A stretch of DNA of 64,000 bases, from the IMG/VR virus record IMGVR_UViG_3300034061_003277, positions 64,479 to 128,478 of that record. One strand, written 5' to 3'. Numbering within the stretch: the first letter of the stretch is position 1; each line of letters starts with the position of its first letter. Under the pieces are notes generated by a model. That model was not told the DNA's origin. It saw nothing but the letters and a program-made list of their open reading frames with translations, and searched no databases. This document shows positions 10,362 to 17,629 of this stretch, in pieces. This DNA comes from a virus (Duplodnaviria > Heunggongvirae > Uroviricota > Caudoviricetes). A program made the translations under genes and the position numbers.

Positions 10362-10748
10362 ATGGATAGAAAATTTGACGTAACCAAATGGAGAAATGAT
10401 CAGTATAACAAAGAAATTGAACGAACTGAAGAAATTTCTCAAATTAAAAACTTAGTCAAAGAAGAAATTAAAAATTTTCTTACTGAAGAAGTAGTTACTA
10501 AAACAATAGAATCATTAACCTTTGATGATGTTGAAGGTTTAGCTTTACCTACAAAAACACAAGGAATATATCGAAAAATCCTTAAAAACCGTGACTTAAT
10601 AGACTGGAAAGAAAATTGGGATAAAGACACCCAAGTCACTATCGACCCTTCAGCAATATGGTTTGACAAAGTAAAAATTGAAGATTTATCTCAAACAGAT
10701 TATATGGGATATATGAATAAAACAGATAAAAATCCTAAATTAGACTAA
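10362..10748 (+). CDS. Hypothetical protein, candidate internal head protein
   Basis: QIKNLVKEEIKNFLTE helix; TATTTATA at 10342. Confidence 0.6.
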   Translation: MDRKFDVTKWRNDQYNKEIERTEEISQIKNLVKEEIKNFLTEEVVTKTIESLTFDDVEGLALPTKTQGIYRKILKNRDLIDWKENWDKDTQVTIDPSAIWFDKVKIEDLSQTDYMGYMNKTDKNPKLD

Positions 10749-10753
10749 ATATC

Positions 10754-11122
10754 ATGAATGAATTTGCAAAACTAATATCATATTTATTCCACTCTCAAAC
10801 CCAATCCCACATATTCCATCTGCAAACACAGTCATATGCTGAGCATAAAGCACTCCAAAAGTATTATGAGAGTATTGATGATTTAATTGATGGTATTATA
10901 GAATCATATCAAGGAAAATATGGTATCTTAACTGGGTATTCTAATTTTAATTTATTAGAATATACAAATCTTGGAGAAGTAATAGCATATTTCCAAGGAC
11001 TAAATAATACTATTGAGAAATTGCGTCAAAGTGCACCTCAAGACTCATATATTCAAAATCAAATTGATACTATAGTAGAGTTAGTAGAATCAACAACTTA
11101 CAAACTTCAATTCTTGAAATAA
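10754..11122 (+). CDS. Ferritin/Dps-like four-helix protein (DUF5856-like)
   Basis: SHIFHLQT..SYAEHKAL..YY..IDDLIDGIIESYQG pattern. Confidence 0.65.
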   Translation: MNEFAKLISYLFHSQTQSHIFHLQTQSYAEHKALQKYYESIDDLIDGIIESYQGKYGILTGYSNFNLLEYTNLGEVIAYFQGLNNTIEKLRQSAPQDSYIQNQIDTIVELVESTTYKLQFLK

Positions 11123-11418
11123 TGCCCGATTATAAATTCTATATAGAAACTATTAATACTTTACTTAACTCAGATGGATATAAACCATCTGTATATGTTA
11201 ACGCTAAAGGTAAAAAAGCTGAAGAAGCTTTACATAGATTATATATTGATATGCAAAATGATTTGCATCATCAAAGAGGTGTGCCAAGCCTTAGTGAAAT
11301 AGCTGATGATATATTATCTGAAAAAAAAGCATGTTGGAAAGGATATAAACAAGTAGGAATGAAGGAAAAAAATGGTAAACAAGTTCCAAATTGTGTTCCT
11401 ATTAAAAACAAAAAATGA
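11122..11418 (+). CDS. Hypothetical protein with C-terminal CWKGY...VPNCVP module
   Basis: Basic two-Cys module directly after ILSE. Confidence 0.6.
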   Translation: MPDYKFYIETINTLLNSDGYKPSVYVNAKGKKAEEALHRLYIDMQNDLHHQRGVPSLSEIADDILSEKKACWKGYKQVGMKEKNGKQVPNCVPIKNKK

Positions 11419-11564
11419 TTACCCTAACAGACATATTAAAGGAAATGATTGCTAATTCTAAAATCATTTGCGATAAATGTGGATGGTCATGGAAAATAAA
11501 AGACGGAGGAGACGATTTATTCATATGCCATAAATGCGGCCATGATAACGCCTCTAACAAATAA
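11415..11564 (+). CDS. 49-aa zinc-ribbon protein (not in ORF track)
   Basis: MITLTDILKEMIANSKIICDKCGWSWKIKDGGDDLFICHKCGHDNASNK; ATG overlaps the previous TGA (ATGA); CxxC-x15-CxxC. Confidence 0.7.
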   Translation: MITLTDILKEMIANSKIICDKCGWSWKIKDGGDDLFICHKCGHDNASNK

Positions 11565-11589
11565 AACAATATTTATTATAAAATATAAC

Positions 11590-12306
11590 ATGGAAAAACA
11601 AATCAACGAGCAATTCCTCAAAATGCAAAAACTTGCAGGAGTAATTACTGAGTCTCAATATGCTAATAAAATAAATGAGATGAGCGTAGATGATGATCTT
11701 CAAATGGAAAAAGCATGGAAAGCTACACCAGAAGAAGAAAAAATAGACATTCTCGTACCTTACACAGACGACGGGGATGTAAAACCTTTTCTTAATCTAT
11801 CAATAGGTGAAATGCCATCTGATATGAGCAAGGCTGTAAAAGATTTTTTAAATGAGCCTTTCTCAGCAGGTAATCCTAATGCATACACAGATGATATCTA
11901 CAATTATGGTGGTGAAATGGATGATATGGGATTTGATGATGACACATTTTATGAGTCTGAAAAACCTAAAAATAAGAAAATGTCTAAAACTGAGTTAAAA
12001 GAAGCTATTCGTAAAGAAATTATGGCTGCTTTGACTGAAGATGGAATAGACTTAGAAGAAGCTAAAAAAGACGAAGAAGAAGAGGAAGTAACATTAGATG
12101 CTGAAGAAACTGAAACAGACGACACAGCAGAAGATACAACCGATGATTCTATGGGTGATGGTAACGGATCAACTGATGAAGTACAACAAGACTTAACAGC
12201 CGCGTTAAACTCAGCTAAACAATTAGGAGATAAAAAACTTGTAAGACAAATTGGTAATGCTCTTACTTATTTTACAAGACAACAAATCTCTACTGAAGAA
12301 GTATAA
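11590..12306 (+). CDS. Acidic hypothetical protein with scaffold-like MQKLAG motif
   Basis: Start reassigned to ATG 11590 (late motif at 11570; upstream space taken by the Zn-ribbon gene); NEQFLKMQKLAGVITE. Confidence 0.7.
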   Translation: MEKQINEQFLKMQKLAGVITESQYANKINEMSVDDDLQMEKAWKATPEEEKIDILVPYTDDGDVKPFLNLSIGEMPSDMSKAVKDFLNEPFSAGNPNAYTDDIYNYGGEMDDMGFDDDTFYESEKPKNKKMSKTELKEAIRKEIMAALTEDGIDLEEAKKDEEEEEVTLDAEETETDDTAEDTTDDSMGDGNGSTDEVQQDLTAALNSAKQLGDKKLVRQIGNALTYFTRQQISTEEV

Positions 12307-12324
12307 CCCCTAAAAATAAAATAT

Positions 12325-12495
12325 ATGAAACAAGAGTTATTTGAACAAATGCAAACTTTGTGGAATGAGTTAGTGGAAAACCATAACGAGACTACAAAAG
12401 CAGCAGCAGGTCGCGCTAGAAAAGCAGCTAGTAACCTCAAAAAAGTAATTGCAGCTTATAATAAAGCATCAGTTGCTGAAGGTAAAACTAAATAA
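12325..12495 (+). CDS. 56-aa histone H1-like Hc1-family small basic protein (not in ORF track)
   Basis: MKQELFEQMQTLWNELVENHNETTKAAAGRARKAASNLKKVIAAYNKASVAEGKTK; KAAAGRARKA core resembles the Hc1 N-terminal domain. Confidence 0.65.
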   Translation: MKQELFEQMQTLWNELVENHNETTKAAAGRARKAASNLKKVIAAYNKASVAEGKTK

Positions 12496-12510
12496 GTATA
12501 CCTAAACTAA

Positions 12511-12545
12511 AAGATACGGGGGGTGTAAAATACCCCCCATCTTTA
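12511..12545 (+). terminator. Intrinsic terminator-like hairpin
   Basis: aagat..GGGGGGT-gtaaaat-ACCCCCC-atcttt. Confidence 0.65.
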
Positions 12546-12559
12546 TAAAAATAAACGTC

Positions 12560-13264
12560 ATGCCGTATATTAGAAAGGGAAAATGTGTTTATAATAAAGA
12601 AACTGGAGAAAAAAAAGGATGTTCTTCATCTATCGAAAAAGCTAAAAGATATATGAAGGCGTTGTATTCTTCTGAAATTAAAGAATATTTAGACAATAAA
12701 GACGCCTCATCTAACTTATCAGATAAAGAAACAGATCTAATCAACTACTATTATCAAAGCATAGTTGGTAAAAATCATAAAGAGTTATTTAAGAACTACG
12801 GTCCTGAAGCTGATCAAGTTGCATATTACAGCGCAGTAGATAGAGCTAAAAATAAACTTAATAAGATGAATAAAAAAGAACTTAAAGAAATAATAAAAGA
12901 TGTTTTAAATAGCAACAAATCTAAAAAGGATCAAGACGGTGATGGAGATAACGATTTTGCAGATGTGATGGTATCTCGTATGATGGCATCTGGTAAAAGT
13001 AAAGAAGATGCTGTAAAAGCCACTAAAAACAAAAAATATAATAAAGAATCTTTAGGAGAAGGAGGAGATGGAAGAACTGAAAATTATATGTTTTTTAGTA
13101 ATTTAAAACAAATGAAGCGTCAAATTGAGATATTAATGGAAATGGATCCTACGATGGTAGATTCTATACTCCAAAATGGACATGACTGGGCAGATGATCA
13201 TATAACTGCTGCTAAAGAAAATGTAGATCAAGTGTTTGATTTTTTAATGAATGAAACCAAATGA
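12560..13264 (+). CDS. Multi-module hypothetical protein
   Basis: N-terminal KGKCVYNK...GCS module, KELKEIIKDVL helix, DQDGDGDNDFAD EF-hand-like loop, C-terminal module after LGE. Confidence 0.65.
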   Translation: MPYIRKGKCVYNKETGEKKGCSSSIEKAKRYMKALYSSEIKEYLDNKDASSNLSDKETDLINYYYQSIVGKNHKELFKNYGPEADQVAYYSAVDRAKNKLNKMNKKELKEIIKDVLNSNKSKKDQDGDGDNDFADVMVSRMMASGKSKEDAVKATKNKKYNKESLGEGGDGRTENYMFFSNLKQMKRQIEILMEMDPTMVDSILQNGHDWADDHITAAKENVDQVFDFLMNETK

Positions 13265-13785
13265 CCAAGAAAGAACTAATAGAAAAAATTAAAACTGTTA
13301 TCAAACAAGTTTCCGACTCAAGCGAATCATCAGCTTCGTCTCAAGAAATAAATTTAGATACTGTTACTCCTCCTATATCATTTGATGCTGGGAGATTTCC
13401 TATTTTAAGTAGATTCCCACCTTTAAAAGACATTTTAATAGATTTATTGACAGATCAATATGAGTCTTTTATTGAAGAAATCCAGTGGACTGCTCCTAGA
13501 CCTACTACTCTTAAAATTATATTAAATAATGGGCAGAGTTTTTACCTTACCCATACTGATAGATCTTGGATTGCTAAAGTAGAAGGCAAAAAATATTATT
13601 TACTAAACCTCCCTGAAGAAGAACGGGCGGCTGAGGCCATAGCACGTATATTATCATACGCTTGGGCATCAGAACCAGAAAAAGAACCTGAAGGTGGAGA
13701 GGAAACATCCCCACCAGCAGAAGAAACACCTGAACCTGAAGAAGAAGCCCCAAAACCTGAAGAAGAAATACCAGCTGAAGTATAA
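13261..13785 (+). CDS. Hypothetical protein with acidic P/E tail
   Basis: ORF overlapping previous stop; KKELIEKIKTVIKQ helix. Confidence 0.65.
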   Translation: MTKKELIEKIKTVIKQVSDSSESSASSQEINLDTVTPPISFDAGRFPILSRFPPLKDILIDLLTDQYESFIEEIQWTAPRPTTLKIILNNGQSFYLTHTDRSWIAKVEGKKYYLLNLPEEERAAEAIARILSYAWASEPEKEPEGGEETSPPAEETPEPEEEAPKPEEEIPAEV

Positions 13786-14633
13786 TGAAAAAGAACATTA
13801 AAGAAATATCACCATCAGTTATAGCTAATATAAAATTGAATCCTACATTAAGGAATGAATTTGTTAACTCTCCTGCTAATAGCGATGAAAGTCTTGAATT
13901 AGAAGACATTATACGTGATATATTAAGCGAAAAAGGATTATCTGAAGATGATATCGAAACATATATGGATATCTTATATATAGAACGTAATAGTAATATA
14001 CAAGGTGAAGTTCCATTAAGTGAAGTTGATTTAGGTAGGATTAAACAAATGTTAAAGACAAACTCACAAGTTGAGTTTAAAAATGATCCTAAAATATATT
14101 ATGTTAAAAATATCTCCCCAGACGGAGTTAATGTATTTGTAACATTAAATGGGCTACAAACATATAGAAAAAGTTTAAAAAATCTTATTAAAATCGATAC
14201 TAAAATGATTAATGAAGAAAATGACACTAACACAAGACCTTATCTTGATAAAAGAATAAGAGTATTTGTTTATAATTTTGGTGGGAAAGAAAATTTTGAA
14301 AAAACACAAGCTATCCTTAGAGACAATAATGTAGAATTTGAAAAAAAGGTAGCTTCATTTGGTACTAAAGGAGCAGCTAATATAGTAGGACTTCTTATAA
14401 ACTCTAGCCTATACAAACCTACAGCTGCATCTCAGAGTTATTCATCAACTACCGCACCTGTAGCTGCATCCCAAAAGTATAAAAGCACAGTTGAAGTATT
14501 GAAAAATGACATATTAAAAGATCTTCCACAACTTAAATATAGAGAATTTAAAAGCATAACAGAACAAACATTACCTAAAGATCAACTAAAACAAATCATT
14601 AAAGAAGAGCTTATAAAAATACTAACCAAATAA
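13785..14633 (+). CDS. Hypothetical protein, candidate internal head protein
   Basis: LEDIIRDILSE and C-terminal QLKQIIKEELIKILTK helices. Confidence 0.65.
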   Translation: MKKNIKEISPSVIANIKLNPTLRNEFVNSPANSDESLELEDIIRDILSEKGLSEDDIETYMDILYIERNSNIQGEVPLSEVDLGRIKQMLKTNSQVEFKNDPKIYYVKNISPDGVNVFVTLNGLQTYRKSLKNLIKIDTKMINEENDTNTRPYLDKRIRVFVYNFGGKENFEKTQAILRDNNVEFEKKVASFGTKGAANIVGLLINSSLYKPTAASQSYSSTTAPVAASQKYKSTVEVLKNDILKDLPQLKYREFKSITEQTLPKDQLKQIIKEELIKILTK

Positions 14634-14639
14634 ATTCCT

Positions 14640-15287
14640 ATGGTTACATTTGATTCAATACCTACCCAGAGTTTAAACCAAACTCGAGTAGAGTACTTCA
14701 ATGAACTAGCTCAATTTACTTATGATAATAATAAAGACTTAGATCCTATTAACATAGTATTCTCTACTCCTATATATGTTATACCTAATTGGAAACAACA
14801 CTCAACTGGGACTCATAGTAATATAGGCAAAGAAATTGAGCAAGTTCTAGTTAATTATTCCTTATCTAAAGGTGTATTTGCAGAAAGGGGACATGATGAT
14901 ATATTAATAGGTGACAAACAAATAGAAATCAAATCATCTAGAGACAACACTATCCAGTCTCATCTCCAAACATCTTTTGCGTCTAATGTTTCTAATAAAT
15001 TTTATTGTTTTGTAACTAACACTTCATCTCCTGATTTAACATTAAGGATGGTATCTAGTGAAGTTTTATACTATTTATCGTTAGGTGATACCATTACTCG
15101 TGAGTTGTCTGCAACAGGTGACTCCCCAACATTAGAAAACCAACTAAAAGAAGGTTTAAGTTTAATGGATTTTTACCCATTGTTAGACAATTTAATGAAA
15201 ACAGGGCATAATTTAAAATCAACTAAGTCTTTTAAAATAGGAGATAAAGTTAGAATTAGATTTATAACCCAAATAGAATTATTATGA
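14640..15287 (+). CDS. Putative PD-(D/E)XK restriction-endonuclease-like protein
   Basis: GKEIEQ helix then GHDDILIGDKQIEIKSS (D-x(n)-E-x-K). Confidence 0.5.
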   Translation: MVTFDSIPTQSLNQTRVEYFNELAQFTYDNNKDLDPINIVFSTPIYVIPNWKQHSTGTHSNIGKEIEQVLVNYSLSKGVFAERGHDDILIGDKQIEIKSSRDNTIQSHLQTSFASNVSNKFYCFVTNTSSPDLTLRMVSSEVLYYLSLGDTITRELSATGDSPTLENQLKEGLSLMDFYPLLDNLMKTGHNLKSTKSFKIGDKVRIRFITQIELL

Positions 15288-15997
15288 AAAGTTTAGAAGA
15301 CAAAATACTTAAAGAAGCATTAATTAGATTAAAATCTAAAAAGAAATGTGATTGTGGGTGTTCTCGCAACTGCAATAAAGCACCTATATTAAATGAATCT
15401 AAACAATACGATGCTCCTATTTCTGAGAATTTAAGGTATCATATAACCAATAAAATCGCGATTAACGAAAGTGTTTTCCGCGCTGCATCAACATCTCATA
15501 TTAATCTAGTTATTGAAGCTAGAAATTTATGGAAACAAGGTATTATAGAACTACAAGGTACTGATAAAGAATTATTTGAAAAAACAGATTTAGGTATTGT
15601 AGGTGTATTTGAAAACAAGATAGTTCCTCTTGACTTCCCAATTATGGAAGCAGAAGACTCATTAGCAGCAGATATTAATACTATAGCTGATGAACCTATA
15701 TCTGAGGAAGGTAAAAAGAAAAACCCACCCCTTAATAAACCTCGTCGTGGTGGTTCTAAAAAATTCTATGTTTATGTTAGAGATCCTAAAACTAAACGTA
15801 TTAAGAAAGTGTCATTTGGTATGGCTGGAGGTGGGTTACGCTCTAAATTAAATAATCCTAAAGCACGCCAAGCGTTTTCTAAACGCCACAATTGTCCTCA
15901 AAAGAAAGATAAGACAAAAGCATCATATTGGTCATGTCGCTTACCTCGCTACGCCAAACTGCTAGGACTAAAAACAACATTCTCAGGATACTGGTAA
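15284..15997 (+). CDS. Multi-module hypothetical protein with basic C-terminal domain
   Basis: CDCGCSRNC cluster; C-terminal KKFYVYVRDPK...KVSFG...FSKRHNC...YWSCR domain after ISEE. Confidence 0.65.
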   Translation: MKSLEDKILKEALIRLKSKKKCDCGCSRNCNKAPILNESKQYDAPISENLRYHITNKIAINESVFRAASTSHINLVIEARNLWKQGIIELQGTDKELFEKTDLGIVGVFENKIVPLDFPIMEAEDSLAADINTIADEPISEEGKKKNPPLNKPRRGGSKKFYVYVRDPKTKRIKKVSFGMAGGGLRSKLNNPKARQAFSKRHNCPQKKDKTKASYWSCRLPRYAKLLGLKTTFSGYW

Positions 15998-15998
15998 T

Positions 15999-16706
15999 AT
16001 GAAACTTACAGAGATACTAAGACAACTCCTTGAGGAGAAAAAGAAAAAAGCTGATCGTTGTAAACGTATTGCTGATCGTAAGTATGATAAACCATCTGCT
16101 TACAAATCTGGGGCTATTGTTAGATGTCGTCAAGGTAAAATCTGGAAAGATCTAAAAGAATATGAAGATCTATCTACTAAAAATAATTATATAGATGCTG
16201 AGGGAAGGTTAGATTTTCAACAGATTCAAAATGATTTAATTAAAATAAAACCATATTATAAATCATTATTGCCTAATTATTTAAATGATGAATCATTAAC
16301 TGATGATCAAATAGATCAATTAATAGAAATTTTCACTGATAATGAAGCTGATATATTTGGTTCTGATTGGATGACAGACACTGATAAACTTAAATTTAAC
16401 CAACGTTGGCAAAAAGCAGATATAGATGATTTAAATGATTGGTTTGTAAGTTTTGTAGAAGGATTGGCTGATAATTGGGAAGAATATCCATTAAATGAAG
16501 ATGAATCACTTCATAAGTGGTTTAAACGTAAAGGAACACCTGGTAAAGAGGGTGGTTGGGTAGATTGTAACACATGCCGTGATGGTAAGTGTAAGTCTTG
16601 TGGTCGTAAAAAAGGCGAAAACCGCGCCAAATACCCATCATGTCGTCCTACACCAGCCCAATGTAAAACTAAAGGCAAGGGTAAAAAATGGGGGAAAACA
16701 AAATAA
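15999..16706 (+). CDS. Multi-module hypothetical protein: two basic Cys modules around an acidic core
   Basis: MKLTEILRQLLEE; RCKRIADRKY...VRCRQG; SLHKWF...WVDCNTC...CKSCGR...YPSCRP. Confidence 0.65.
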   Translation: MKLTEILRQLLEEKKKKADRCKRIADRKYDKPSAYKSGAIVRCRQGKIWKDLKEYEDLSTKNNYIDAEGRLDFQQIQNDLIKIKPYYKSLLPNYLNDESLTDDQIDQLIEIFTDNEADIFGSDWMTDTDKLKFNQRWQKADIDDLNDWFVSFVEGLADNWEEYPLNEDESLHKWFKRKGTPGKEGGWVDCNTCRDGKCKSCGRKKGENRAKYPSCRPTPAQCKTKGKGKKWGKTK

Positions 16707-16711
16707 TCAAT

Positions 16712-17116
16712 ATGGATAAGAATAGAATTAAACAAACAATAAAAGAAATATTAGATGAGATAGCATATATCCGTCCTAAAAATGGCAATATGGCTGAAGC
16801 AGTAACAAAATCTACTGTATATAAATTTAAAGGTCTTTTATCAGTAAATACAGGTAAACGTAATAAAGAAGAAGTATTATCAGATATTCGTTCTTTAACT
16901 GGTATTACAATTGTGTCTACTAAACCAGCCGAAGGGGAAAATGTAACTCCTCAAACTGATGAATCTATATTGAGTATTAAAGTTGATCCTCATCCTTACA
17001 TAGGTAAAGGTGGATTTGGGAAAGAAGATATTAAGGGTGTTATAGGTGATATTCGTAAGATAGATGGTGTAAATTATTTTAAACAAATTGGTGATGTTGA
17101 ACTAAAAGGTCTATAA
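16712..17116 (+). CDS. Hypothetical protein
   Basis: Start reassigned to ATG 16712 after the previous stop; RIKQTIKEILDE helix. Confidence 0.6.
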   Translation: MDKNRIKQTIKEILDEIAYIRPKNGNMAEAVTKSTVYKFKGLLSVNTGKRNKEEVLSDIRSLTGITIVSTKPAEGENVTPQTDESILSIKVDPHPYIGKGGFGKEDIKGVIGDIRKIDGVNYFKQIGDVELKGL

Positions 17117-17120
17117 TAAT

Positions 17121-17372
17121 ATGATTAAACTAATTGATTTATTAAGCGAAACTCAAACAGAGACAAAATACCCACCATACATGTATTCACATGCTGGTTT
17201 TGGGTGCCATGTTTGTAAATTTTACAGCATGCAAGAAGATAAGCATTATTGTGGTAATAAAGAATATCAAAAATATATGGGTACTAATGAACTAATAGAC
17301 CCTATAACTAATGAACAAATAAAAGACCCATCAATGTGGTGTTCTAATTGGTTTTTGCCTAAAGCTGAATGA
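17121..17372 (+). CDS. Small four-Cys protein, HiPIP-like spacing
   Basis: CHVC...HYC...MWCSNW; MIKLIDLLSE leader. Confidence 0.5.
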   Translation: MIKLIDLLSETQTETKYPPYMYSHAGFGCHVCKFYSMQEDKHYCGNKEYQKYMGTNELIDPITNEQIKDPSMWCSNWFLPKAE

Positions 17373-17629
17373 GACCTTACACAGATATAGAAGTTACAGA
17401 TAAATATATTATTCGTGAATTTAGCGAAAATATAGATCCTATTGAATTGATGTGGCATAGAGATAATGAACATCGCACTGTAGAAATTGTAGGAAAAACA
17501 GACTGGAAATTACAACTTGAAAACCAGTTACCAACTTCTATGGATTCTCCAATATTTATTCCTAAACATGAGTGGCATCGTGTTATTAAAGGGACCGGCA
17601 CTTTAAAATTGAAAATTTATAAATCATGA
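17369..17629 (+). CDS. Cupin-fold protein
   Basis: WHRDNEHR...IPKHEWHRVIKG His pattern of cupins. Confidence 0.6.
   Translation: MRPYTDIEVTDKYIIREFSENIDPIELMWHRDNEHRTVEIVGKTDWKLQLENQLPTSMDSPIFIPKHEWHRVIKGTGTLKLKIYKS

Noticed and set aside
11542-11589. ORF-track start of the 254-aa protein
   Set aside because: Overlaps the 49-aa zinc-ribbon gene and lies upstream of the late motif at 11570; ATG 11590 fits better
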